A stretch of 64,000 nucleotides of DNA. Source: the human T2T-CHM13v2.0 reference genome, Homo sapiens. Made by a program: the position numbers and the translations under genes. This document shows, piece by piece, positions 1 to 64,000 of this stretch (within the stretch, counting starts at the first letter, position 1; every line of letters begins with the position of its first letter). The stretch lies in NCBI RefSeq assembly GCF_009914755.1, contig NC_060943.1; one strand, written 5' to 3'. Below the pieces are notes generated by a model that was not told the DNA's origin, searched no databases, and saw only the letters and a list, made by a program, of their open reading frames with translations.

Positions 1-17
1 TAGAAATAAAAATGTAA

Positions 18-311
18 GGCCGGGCGCGGTGGCTCACGCCTGTAATCCCAGCACTTTGGGAGGCCAAGGCGGGCAGATCACGAGGTCAGCAATTCGAGAC
101 CAGCCTGGCCAAGATGGAGAAACCCCGTCTCTACTAAAAATACAAAAATTTGCCGGGTGTGGTGGCCCATGCCTGTAATCCCAGCTACTCAGGAGGCTGA
201 GGCAGGAGAATCGCTTGAACCCGGGGGGCGGAGGTTGCAGTGAGCCACTGCACTCCAGCCTGGGCGACAGAGTAAGACTCTGTCTCAAAAAAAAAAAAAA
301 AAAAAAAGAAA
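18..311 (+). mobile_element. Alu SINE (AluS-like) with 16-bp target-site duplication
   Basis: Starts GGCCGGGCGCGGTGGCTCACGCC, has two arms and a poly(A) tail. AGAAATAAAAATGTAA flanks it at 2-17 and 312-327. Confidence 0.95.
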
Positions 312-509
312 AGAAATAAAAATGTAAGATTTTGAGTCCACATAATTATTTGTTGAAAATAATACAAGTCAGTATAATAGAGAAGCATTCATATATTCAA
401 CACTGTGAGACAAAACACCAGAGACCTTGGATTTGATAATTGATCTGATATCCTGGACAGTATTCATATGTACAGTGATAGCTATCTTTCTTTGGTGTTT
501 TTTTTGTTT

Positions 510-558
<49 letters not shown>

Positions 559-881
559 TTTTATGGTTCTGAGTTGGTGGCCAGTAAGTTCCATGTAGTG
601 TTGGCACTTATTTAATTAACTATTCATGATTTTGTTAATAGCTTGTTATAGAATTCAGGCATATATTTTTCAGCATAAGAAGCCAAGCACACCAGCTTGT
701 CATTGGAGAGAATATATTAAGTGAGAAAAACATTCAGGAATCAGAGCTTTAACATGTTAAAGTTAGTGCTAAACATTGTCATATTGGATCTGAACCTATC
801 CTAATATATAACCATAAAGCTTGACTTCTGCATTGGAACTATGCTTTCATAAATAAAGGATATCTCATTGATTAAAAAAAA
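312..881 (+). pseudogene. Candidate retroposed 3'-UTR fragment (processed pseudogene tail), parent unknown
   Basis: AT-rich UTR-like sequence in a GC-rich region, ending AATAAA (852-857) followed 16 nt later by an A-run (874-881). The parent gene is not recognised. Confidence 0.4.
514..556. repeat. (TG)n microsatellite, about 21 units
   Basis: Perfect TG dinucleotide run. Confidence 0.97.
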
Positions 882-1544
882 TTTTTAAAAAGACACAGCT
901 GGAAACATAACAGTTTCAGGCAACAACTGTATGTTCCAAATATGGTCACACACACATCACAACTTAAAGGGAAATGGGGTGGGCTGAGTGGGTCTTTATC
1001 TGTGTGTCAGGCTTGTCCACATCCTGGTTCTTGTGATCACACAGTAGTGCACAGATACAAAACAGGTACACACAGTTGACACCCGGAAACCTATCCACCG
1101 CACCACAGAGGTCACCGTCTGTCTCCCACACACTCGGTCACATTTTCACACAAGTCAAATCACACGAGGACGGAACTGGGGGAAGTAACCATGCAGTCAT
1201 TTCCCAGGGGTACAAAGAAACTCACATAGAGCCCCACAGAGCCCAGGCCCAGGGTCTGAGACCTGTCCAAAGGCCCCACCGACGACCAGCCACACGCCGG
1301 GAGAGTCACCTCCTTCCCCTGGTCTGCACCATCCTGAGCTCCCGAGTAACTCGAGTGGACTCCAGGGTTGAAAAAGGAAATGGTCGTCCCAGATCTGAGA
1401 GAGGCTGCCAGGCTGGGCTCTGGGCCTGGGTTGGGGCCCCCACACTGGGCCCCTCGGCCCCCCACCCTCAGCCCCCTCTGGCTTCCCCATTGGCAGTAGA
1501 GAGGGAGGGAACTTCATAAGTCACAGAGAGGGGCTGAAGAATAC

Positions 1545-1915
1545 AGAGAGTCAGACAGATGGAGATGGGAGAGGCATAGGGAGATGGGAGAGACATAGGG
1601 AGATGGCAGAGAAAGGGAGAGACGGGGAGATGGGGAGAGACAGAGAGAGATGGGAAGATGGGGAGAGACCACAGGGAGGCAGATGAGAAGAAAGAAACAG
1701 GGATGGGGCCAGACACAGAAAAAGGAAACTTCTTTAGTTTCCATCTTCAGTTATAAATGATGAAAGAGACAACTGATGACAGAGACAAAGTTACAAGAGG
1801 GAGAAAGAGACAGGGGGAAGACGAGGGGGAGGGGAGACACATCTGGGGGAGAGGAGGAAGAATTGGGGTGCCAGAGAGAGCAAGGAGGGAGAGGAGGCCG
1901 ATGGGGGAGGAGAGA
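1545..1915. repeat. GA-rich low-complexity polypurine tract
   Basis: Repeated GGAGA/GAGATGGG motifs; strongly purine-rich on the + strand. Confidence 0.75.
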
Positions 1916-2603
1916 GTAATGTTCAGCCCAGTGAGGGGGTGTCCCTTTCCCCCACTGCAAGGTTTTGGGGAAGAAGCCAGAGGCCTGAGGCCAAGACTGA
2001 GGCTTTGAGCGGAAAGAAGGAGGGGGCGAGTTATTCACGAAACGCCCGCCTTGCCCTGAGTTTCCAGAAGGTGATGTGGAGTTTCCATCCCTCAGCCTGT
2101 CTGCAGACAGGGGTACCCGGGGAGGACAGCTGGCCCGGAGGAGTTGCGAGACTAAAGTGAATGATTGCCACAGTCATTCCCTCCGGTGGCTTCTCCCCAA
2201 GTACTTGGCGCCAGAGCGCCCAACATTGTGCATACATGGTCGCTCCTAATTCGTGGGCCCGGGGGACATTATCAGCCTTACTTTGGGATATTTTAGGAGC
2301 CTCGGAATGCAGAAAGTGGTTTTAGCCCAGCTGGAGGAAATGGGCCGAAGCGGGATTCGAACCGGCGGATTCGTTTCTCTGCAGCCCGGAGCCGCGTAGC
2401 CCCGCCCCGGTCTCCCTAGAAACAGGCACCCGTGTCTCCATAGCAACCGCTCCATCTGATTGCCCCTCCCCGCTCCCAGAGGCCACCTAGTGCGCAGGCC
2501 CGCCTGATGTCGTCCCACGCCGTGCCGGCTCTCAGGCGCCGGAAGTGAGCTGCGCAGCGCCGGAAGCGGCGGACGCAGGAGGCCTCGTGGAGGACACAGC
2601 AGC

Positions 2604-10947
<8,344 letters not shown>

Positions 10948-11240
10948 TGTGGCCTAGCGGAAGCTGCCTCCTCACCCTAGGTGTTGCTGGAGAACCCTGA
11001 GGGCAGGGCCCGAGCCCCGACACATCCCTTCCCCCAAAAAGCAACACCTGTGCTTGCAGCCAGGTCAGGCCCAGCTGCAGCCCAGGCAGGAGCAGTCGCC
11101 TTTCCCACCCACAGCGCTGGCCACAGGGCTCCCTGCAGGGTCAGGGACCAGACCACGCCCAGAGGAGGGGAGGCACTGGCCCCCGCCACAGGACTGGAGA
11201 CGCAAGAACAAAAAGAACCAAGTAGAGAGAGTGGAGCTGC

Positions 11241-11246
11241 TTTATT
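11241..11246 (-). terminator. EIF3G poly(A) signal AATAAA
   Basis: TTTATT on +, about 77 nt downstream of the EIF3G stop on the - strand. Confidence 0.85.
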
Positions 11247-11322
11247 GCCCTTGGAGCCCGCGCTCTCGGAGGCTGTCTTCTGTCGCCAAGGGTCCCGGAC
11301 CGAGTACACAGTGGCAGCTGGC

Positions 11323-16800
<5,478 letters not shown>

Positions 16801-17455
16801 TCATAAAGCTCACTTATTGAGTGCTTATTGTATATGAAGCATGGTGAGGAGGATATTACTTCCATTTTACAGCTGAAGAAACTGAGGCTCAGACTGGGTG
16901 CAGTGGCGCCTGCCTGTAATCCCGCACTTTGGGAGACCAAGGCGTGGGGATGGCTTGAGGCCAGGAGTTTGAGACAAGCCTGGGCAACATAGTGAGACCC
17001 CTGTCTCTAAAAAAGAAAAAAAGAAAAAGAAAGAAAAAAGAAACCAAAGTTCGGGGAAAACAATCCTTTTGCTTAAACTGTTCCTTGTCTTCTTTCCCGA
17101 TCCCAATGATTCAGATGCCAAGTGGCCTCCCCTCAGCCACTCCCTCTTCTTTTCTTTGTAGCATTCTTGGCTTTCCGGTATAATTTTGTGCATTTACTTG
17201 TTTATTGCTCAGCTCCTTGCTCTAAGCACAACCGTCCTCAGTCGAAGTGATTCATGATGACTCCCCAGGGGAAAAAACTGGTCCTCAGGGAGGAAAAAAA
17301 TCTTAGATATTGTGGTCTTCCAAAGCCAGCTCTATCAGACAGCATTTATCCCTAAGTATTTAGTTTCTGCCTTTAGGGAGATATTAAATGTAATTAAATT
17401 GAAATTAATTTAGTTGATGTAAATTCAATTTTAGGATAATTCGGGTTTTCTCCTA

Positions 17456-17689
<234 letters not shown>

Positions 17690-17745
17690 TCAGCCCTGGA
17701 ATTCGACCAGCCTGGGCAACACATAGTGAGACCCCCCATCTCTAA

Positions 17746-18033
<288 letters not shown>

Positions 18034-18731
18034 TAATCAGCTGGGCATAGTTCTGTGTGCCTGTAGTCCCAGATACTCAGGAGGCTGAGGTGGGAGAACA
18101 GCTTCAGCCCAGGAGGTTGAGCCATGATCATGCGACTGTACTTCAGCCTGGGTAACAGAGAGAGACCCTGTCTCAAAAACACACACACGCACACACACAC
18201 ACGCAACAAAACAAAAAATAACTTGTAAGGGAGAATGCCCTGAGAAAAATAAATAAGAAGACAGGAAAAAAAAGTTTATGCTTTTTTATCCTCTGAGTTG
18301 TGAGTGAGGAGGCCACTCAAGTGTTTGGAATATCACCAACTTTTCTTGTGGAAAAAATTATTCTAGAAGCCTGTAGAGAGCCAAGTGGAAGGGAAAACAT
18401 TAGCTGGAGAGCAGGAAAGAGAGGCACGCCGCTGTGGCCTTTCAGGAGGGTGGCCTGGCTATATTGGTGAAAATATGAAGCTGGTCCAAAGGACTGATAA
18501 ACATTTTTACAAGCTTACTCAAATGTACTCTGAGCAACACAAAATCCAAACAACCCAGCAGATTGGGCAAAGCTTCAAAAATTCGATATCACCCCGTGGT
18601 AGTAAAGATGTTATAGGGAAACAGGCTGGGCACCTGTAATCGGGAGGCCGAGGTGGGTGGATCACCTGAGGTTAGGAGTTCAAGACCAGCCCCTGGCCAA
18701 CATGGTGAGATGCCGTCTCTACTAAAAATAC

Positions 18732-18765
<34 letters not shown>

Positions 18766-20066
18766 CCATGGTGGTGGGTGCCTGTAATCCCAGCTACTTG
18801 GGAGGCTGAGGCAGGAGAATCGCCATTGCACTCCAGCCTGGGCGACAGAGCAAGACTCCATCTCAAAAAAAAAAAAAAAAAAAAGAGGAAGCGATATATA
18901 AAATGGCATATATTACAGGAACCAATTTGTGTAAATCTTCAACAGCACATAGATATGCAGATATATGCAAATCATTTCCTGGAAAGAAAGAATCAGAACC
19001 TGTTAATGAGGAATGCTTTGGAAAGAAGGCACCAAGAAAGGAAATATTATTTTTGGACATGTATTAATATATAATATGCATTTATGTAATATATGTGAGA
19101 TGTAACATATAAATATATTTCTTGGCTGGGCACTGTGGTTCGTGCCTATAATCCCAGCAGTTTTGGAGGCCAAGGCAGAAAGATTTCTTGAGCCCAGGAG
19201 TTCAAGACCAGACTAGGCAACATCATTGAGACCCCATCACTACACACAAAAAATTGCTGGGTGTGGTAATGCACGCCTGTAGTCCCAGCTACCTGGGAGG
19301 CTGAGGTAGGAGGATTGCTTGAGCCCAGGAGGTCAAGGCTGCAGTGAGCTATGATTGTGCCATTACACTCTGGCCTGGGTGACAGAGCAAAAACCCTGTC
19401 TCTAAAAAAGAAAGAGGCTGAGCACAGTGGCTCACGTCTGTAATCCCAGCACTTTGGGAGGCCAAGGCAGGCAGATGACCTGAGGTCAGGAGATCAAGAC
19501 CAGCCTGGAAAACGTGGTGAAAACCCATCTCTATTAAAAATACAAAAATTACCTGAGCATGTTGGTGCATGTCTGTAATCCCAGCTACTCAGGAGGCTGA
19601 GGCAGGAGAATCGCTGGAGCCCAGGAGGTGAGGCTGCCATGAGCCAAGTGCTGGGATTACACAGGTGTGAGCCACATCAAGGTTTGGGTGCAAGAGTACA
19701 TCTGGTTATAGATTACAGAAGCATAATACCCTGACCCCATTAGATGTTATTTTATGTGTAGGAAAAGGTTTGAACCAGGTCCTTTTTTTTTTTTTTTTTT
19801 TTGAGATGGAGTCTCACTCTGTTGCCCAGGCTGGAGGGCAGTGGCACAATCTCGGCTCACTGCAAGCTCCGCCTCCTGGGTTCACGCCATTCTCCTGCCT
19901 CAGCCTCCTGAGTAACTGGGACTACAGGCACCCGCCACCACGCCCAGCTAATTTTTGTATGTTTAGTCGAGATGGGGTTTCACCTTGTTAGCCAGGATGG
20001 TCTTGATCTCCCGACCTTGTGATCCGCCCACCTTGGCCTCCCAAAGTGCTGGGATTACAGGTGTGA

Positions 20067-20279
<213 letters not shown>

Positions 20280-20385
20280 TAGTAGAGACGGGGGTTTCTC
20301 CATATTGGTCAGGGTAGTCTCGAACTCCCGACCTCAGGTGATCCGCCTGCCTGGGCCTCCCAAAGTGCTGGGATTACAGGCATGA

Positions 20386-20559
<174 letters not shown>

Positions 20560-20774
20560 TGAACCACCGTGCCCAGACTCATTTAAGGAATATAGTGACT
20601 CGGGCAAGGGACATGGTGTGCCCTGTGCTCTGTCCTGTTTTCTCTTCAAAGCCTTGTTCTGTAGAGCTGCGCAGACGTGTCTCACGTGTCTCAGAGTCAG
20701 GGGCTTTGTGAAATTACGCTGGAAAGCAGAATTGAGCAAACCCAGCTTAACATTAGTTACTTTTTCTCACATTT

Positions 20775-21010
20775 TCACAACAAAATATCACAGACTAGGA
20801 GGCTTAAACAGCACACATTTATTTTCTCAGTTCTGGAGGCTGGAAGTCCAAGATCACAGTGTCGGCAGGGTTGGTTTCTTCTGAGGTGGGGGCACCTTCT
20901 CCCTCGGTCCTCACGTGGCCTCCTCTGTGTGTGTCTATGTCCCAATCTCTTCTTCTAAGGACATCAGTCATATTGGATTAGGGCCCACCCTAATGACCTC
21001 ATTTAAACTT
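20775..21010. mobile_element. MLT1-family (ERVL-MaLR) LTR fragment
   Basis: ATTTATTTTCTCAGTTCTGGAGGCTGGAAGTCCAAGATC ... GGATTAGGGCCCACCCTAATGACCTCATTT, typical of MLT1. Confidence 0.75.
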
Positions 21011-21055
21011 TTTTTTTTTAATTATTTTTTTTAAAGGTGAAGTCTCACTCTGTAG

Positions 21056-21202
<147 letters not shown>

Positions 21203-21338
21203 TAGTAGAGACGGGGTTTCACCAAGTTGGCCAGGCTGGTCTCAAACTCCTGATCTCAAGTGGTTTGCCTGCCACGGCCTCCCAACGTGCTGGGATTACA
21301 GGCATAAGCCACCACACCTGGGTTTAATTTTCTCTCTA

Positions 21339-21803
<465 letters not shown>

Positions 21804-21898
21804 TAGTAGAGACGGGGTTTCTCCATGTTGGCCAGGCTAGTCTTGAACTCCAAACTCAGGTGATTCGCCTGTCTTGGCCTCCCAAAGTGCTAGGATTA

Positions 21899-22111
<213 letters not shown>

Positions 22112-22270
22112 TCACGCCTGTAATCCCAGCACTTTGGGAGGCCAAGGTAGGTGGATCACCTGAGGTTGGGAGTTCGAGACCAGCCTGACCAACATGGAGA
22201 AACCCTGTCTCTCCTAAAAATACAAAATTAGCTGGGCGTGGTGGCGCATGCCTGTAATCCCAGCTACTCA

Positions 22271-22375
<105 letters not shown>

Positions 22376-22378
22376 TCA

Positions 22379-22702
<324 letters not shown>

Positions 22703-22891
22703 TTATTTCATTTAAAAAACAGCCTTCCGCTATGAACTATGGTATGGTGGTTCCTCAAAACATTAAAAATAGAACCACCAAATGACCCAGCACTTCCACA
22801 TCTGCTTTATACTTACAAGAATTGAAATCACTGGAGACCAGCCTGGGCAACAGAGTGAGACGCCATCTTTACAAAAAATAATCATATATTA

Positions 22892-23044
<153 letters not shown>

Positions 23045-24029
23045 TTAGTTAGGCGTGATGGTACATACTTGTAGTCCCAGCTACTCCAGAGACTGAGGTT
23101 GGGGGATCTCTGGAGCGAAGGAGTTCGAGGCTGCAGTGAGCTATGATCGCATCACTGCAGTCCAGTCTGGGTGAAAGAACAAGACCCTGTCTCTAAAAAG
23201 AAAAGACAAGGTTTCTAATTCTTACACCAAAATACATCCTCAAGTTGTTCTTGGTGAAGGATCGTATACCTGAAAATGTGACCACTGAAAAAGTGGGATT
23301 AAAAACAAGGAAATTCAGGCCAGGCGCGGTGGTTCACACCTGTAATCCTAGCACTTTGGGAGGCTGAGGCAAGCGGATCACCCGAGGTCAGGAGTTCAAG
23401 ACCAGCCTGGCCAACATGGTGAAACCCCATCTCTACTAAAAATACAAACATTAGCTGGGTGTGATGGCCCATGCCTGTAATCTCAGCTACTCAGGAGGCT
23501 GAGGCAAGAGAATCCCTTGAACCCAAAGATGGAGGTTGCAGTGAGCAGAGATCGCGCCACTGCACTGCAGCTTGGGTGACAGAGTGAGACTCCATCTCCA
23601 AAAAAAAAAAAAAAAAGGAATTCAACAAGTTGGTTAGATTCAAAAAACACAGTTTACAAAATCACAGCCAATACAAATGGAGCATCTCTCCATAGGCAAA
23701 GGACCATGGTTTAGAAATCAAGAAAACATCCCATTTATATTAGTAATGAAGGGACTAAATACTTAGGAATCAAGTTATGAAGTCTGCAAGATCTGGATGA
23801 AAAGCTGTGGACACAAAGGAATTCCTGAACAAACAGGACAAACCCTGTTCTTAGAAAGGAAGGCTTGTCATTAACATGTCAATTCTTCCAGAAGTCTGCA
23901 AAGTTAATGAAATCCCTATAAAACACCTGCTTGACTTTTAGCGGCTGTGCCAGTTCTAAAGTTTCAATCCAGTCATTCAACTCCTAGAAAAGTAGCCTAG
24001 ACGTGGATACACATGTGTATACAAATCTA

Positions 24030-24980
<951 letters not shown>

Positions 24981-25221
24981 TCACAATTCAATCTACTGCT
25001 CTTGAGACTGTAGTTGTTTCCAAACAATATAAAGAAAAAAAGTTCAAATAAAGGCTTTCTAAGAGATTTATTGTATAACATAGTGAGTATAGTTAATATA
25101 TTCTTGTCCAGGCGCAGTGGTTCATGCCTATAATCCCAGCATTTGGGGATGCCAAGGCAGGTAGATCGCTTGAGCCCAGGATTCTGAGACCAGCCTGGGC
25201 AACAAAGCGAGATCCTGTCTA

Positions 25222-25548
<327 letters not shown>

Positions 25549-26490
25549 TTAGCTGGGTATGGCGGCACATGCCTGTGGTCCCAGCTACTACAGAAGCTGA
25601 GGTGGGAGGATCACGTGAGGCCAGGAGTTTGAGACCACCCTGAGCAACACAGTGAGACCCCATCTCCACAAAAAAAATGTAAAACTTAGCTGGGCATGGT
25701 GGCATGCGCCTGTAGTTCCAGCTACTCAGGAGGCTGAGGCAGGAGGATCACTTAAGCCCAGGAGATCAAGGCTGCAGTAGAACATCGCTGCACTCCAGCC
25801 TGGGCAACAGAGCAAGATCCTGCCTCTAAAATATATATATATATATTTTTTAAAAAGGACAAAACTGATACACATATTAATGACATGGATGAATCCCAAA
25901 GGCATTTATGCTGAAAGATCTGAAACACAAGAGCCCATGCTGGCCTGAACAGGCAGGTGTCATCTATGGAGACAAAACTGGATGGGAGGCTGCCCAGGGA
26001 CTGGGAAGGGGGAGATCAAGTGGGAAGAGGCACAAGGTGACCTGAGGTGACAGAGACATTCTCTATCTTGATAAGGATATAGGCTACAGTGCTATGTTCA
26101 CTTCTCGAAATTTAAGCTGAACATTTAGGACTCGCATATTTCATATTCTACCCCAATTTTCAAAAATAGAGGAACAAGAGAGATTCCTAGGTAAGACAAC
26201 CTTCGAGGTGCAAGACAGTTTATTTTTTTTTCGAGACAGTCTCGCTTTGTTGCCCAGGCTGGAGTGTGGTGGTGTGATCGTGGCTCACTGCAGCCGCCGC
26301 CTCCCAGGTTCAAGCAATTCTGCCTCAATCTCCCAAGTAGCTGGGATTACAGGCATGTACCACACCTGGCTGATTTTTGTATTTATACTAGAGATGGGGT
26401 TTCACCCTGTTGGCCAGGGTGGTCTTAAACTCCTGACCTCAGGTGATCCACCTGCCTGGGCCTCCCAAAGTGTTGGAATTACAGGCGTGA

Positions 26491-26997
<507 letters not shown>

Positions 26998-27065
26998 TTA
27001 AAAAAAAAAAAAAATTGACACTATTGGCTGGGTATGGTGGCAGATACCTGTAATCTAGCACTTTA

Positions 27066-27448
<383 letters not shown>

Positions 27449-28171
27449 TTAGCTACATATGATGGTACAGTCCTGTAGTCCCAGTTACATGGAGGCAGGG
27501 GATCACTTGAACCCAGGAGGTGGAGGTTGCCATGAGCCGAGATCAGGCCACTGCACTCCAGCCTGGGTGACAGACTGAGACCCTGTCTCAAAAAAATAGA
27601 AAATAAAAAAAGATAATAGGTACATGGGTGATTGTTTTCTCACAAGGTCACACTATGCATTAGTACAAAGATTCAGTTGTCTTGATCAAGGTGCCTTGGA
27701 ATCCAGAAAAAGAAAACTCATTATACTCATTATATACTTTAAAATGAATTTTTTAGCTTAAAATAGCAGCAGAAAGTATATTTAAAAAAAAATCTCGGAT
27801 GGGGGAACTTTACCATATGTCAAGCTGAGCTGTTGTACTTTGCTGTGTGCATTTGCTATCAGTCTTATTCAAAAAATAAGCTGAGATCCCCATTTTTAGT
27901 CCTTACAAAAGTGATTCATGTGTTAAAATGGGAATGTCAGAAATGTGGAAGAAGATACATGTTTAAGATCTCTTGCTGGGGGGAGGAAAGGCGTTTCTAA
28001 ATAGGCTACAAAGGCCGGGCACGGTGACTCATGCTTGTAATGCCAGCACTTTGGGAGGATCACTTGAGGTCAGGAGTTCAAGACCATCCTGGCCAACATG
28101 GCAAAACCCTGTCTCTACTAAATTAACAAAAATTGGCCAGATGTACTGGCAGGCGCCTGTAATCCCAGCTA

Positions 28172-28318
<147 letters not shown>

Positions 28319-28647
28319 CTAAGAGTGACAAATATAAATTGACTTCCTAAAAATGGGAGGTCTCTGTATGGCACAGACATGATAAGCCAGGATGACTGAG
28401 CAGGGGCAGTCATCCCAAATGCCCAGGGAGCTCCCAGCAAAGACAGTCATGTGGCCATCACAGAGAAACGGTACATCCAGTGGCCAAAGGACACACAGAA
28501 GTGTTATGTCACTATTAAAAAATGCTGGCCAGGCATGGTGGCTCACACCTATAATCCCAGCACTTTGGGAGGCCGAGGCAGGCGGATAACCTGAGGTCGG
28601 GAGTTTGAGACCACCCTGACCAACATGGAGAAACCCCGTCTCTACTA

Positions 28648-28893
<246 letters not shown>

Positions 28894-28909
28894 TCATGTC
28901 AGGATTTCA

Positions 28910-29146
<237 letters not shown>

Positions 29147-29584
29147 CTAAAGAGGTTTTGCTTGGGGATGGGGTGGCCGGGGCTCCAAGGGCAGCTCAGT
29201 GGTGACTTCTCTCTCCTTATTCCACCAGTTGCAGCACAGAGCTCTGCCTCATGGTCACAGGATGGCTGCTCCACTGCCAGGCATCACAACCCACTTCAGA
29301 CCAAAGAAGGCCTACCAGCCACGGGGAAGGCCAGCCAAGACTTCCTTTAAAAGGCTTTCCTGGAAGCTACACTAGCAAGTTCCATTTGCATGTCATGGGG
29401 ATCAACTCACGTGACTCAGTTCTGAACAAACACAGACAGACACACGGAGTGTCTAGCTTCAAACGTGCTAGCTTCAAACTCCACGTGGGTCGCCTTCAGC
29501 ATGGAAGAGCTTGTTCCTGTCTGACCTCAGCCAGAAGTCCCGTGCAAATCACGAATACCCACCCAGGGTGGTTTATAGGAGAGA

Positions 29585-29590
29585 TTTATT
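29585..29590 (-). terminator. DNMT1 poly(A) signal AATAAA
   Basis: TTTATT on + at the end of a ~300-nt U-rich 3' UTR downstream of the DNMT1 stop. Confidence 0.85.
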
Positions 29591-29889
29591 TGAAGAAATA
29601 TTACAACATATAAAAACTACATAAAGTCTTAATTTCCACTCATACAGTGGTAGATTTGATATAATGCATAATAAAAAACTTTTAAAATCCAGAATGCACA
29701 AAGTACTGCACAATTTGATCACTAAATCATTAGTTGATAAGCGAACCTCACACAACAGCTTCATGTCAGCCAAGGCCACAAACACCATGTACCACACATG
29801 TGAACGGACAGATTGACATGTTAAAAACACAACATCAGTGCATGTTGGGGATTCCTGGTGCCAGAAACAGGGGTGACGGGAGGGCAGAA

Positions 29890-63145
<33,256 letters not shown>

Positions 63146-63265
63146 ACAAAGGGATGTCATGATTTCCGTGGCCTGATGGGAATCCAGCCTGCGGTGGAGG
63201 AAGACCCATGTCTGGCCTGCCTAGGTTGAGAGCTGGGCTGATGTGCGATCAGCGTCAGTCAGTGA

Positions 63266-63625
<360 letters not shown>

Positions 63626-64000
63626 TGATCTTGAACTCCTGACCTCAAGTGATCCACCCGCCTCAGCCTCTCAAAGTGCTGAGATTATAGGCGCGAGCTA
63701 CTGCACCTGGCCCAACTTTTTTCAACAGAGGTTTGAAAAAGTGCTACTTTTCATTTCTGCCCTTGTGGTCTGGCACAGCCACAAGCGTGTACCCAGCCTG
63801 GCCAAATTGCGGAGGCAGAGCTGGGTCAGCCCAGCCATCCCCACTAAGCCACCTCAAGATCAGCCGACAGCCACCAAGCTGTAGACAAGTGAGCTTGAAA
63901 AATGCTCACTGTTCTAGGCCTCTGGCCTTGGAGCCATTTGTCACACAGCATTTTCACAGTGAAAGGTAAGTGACACAGCTGCTCACCTGATGGCCTTTCA

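Noticed and set aside
1076-1519. 147-aa plus ORF upstream of PPAN
   Set aside because: Non-ATG start, no recognisable homology and no exon structure.
2341-2420. tRNA gene around the B-box
   Set aside because: No cloverleaf, acceptor stem or good A-box.

Overview
Human (primate) genomic DNA: the GC-rich, Alu-dense chr19p13.2 PPAN-P2RY11-EIF3G-DNMT1 locus, identified from the translated exons. Plus strand: PPAN (12 coding exons, 473 aa Brix-domain protein) hosting SNORD105 and SNORD105B, then P2RY11 (2 exons, 374 aa GPCR, here carrying Thr87). The two are joined by the known PPAN-P2RY11 read-through, which reconstructs to 794 aa through a GC donor. Minus strand: complete EIF3G (11 exons, 320 aa), whose 3' end overlaps the P2RY11 3' UTR, and the 3' 31 exons of DNMT1 (exons 11-41 in 41-exon numbering; the 5' end lies beyond the window). 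About 13 kb between EIF3G and DNMT1 is almost entirely Alu/L1/MER/MLT repeats. I found no new protein-coding gene and no convincing new biological system. The least explained structures are: two non-repeat segments copied into DNMT1 intron 11 from elsewhere in DNMT1 (one almost perfect, with the two copies flanking exon 11); a 21-bp duplication of an EIF3G splice donor whose second copy would introduce a stop; a higher-order minisatellite in DNMT1 intron 29; and an AT-rich retrocopy-like 3'UTR at the window start. Coordinates were read by eye, and repeat boundaries and subfamily calls are approximate.
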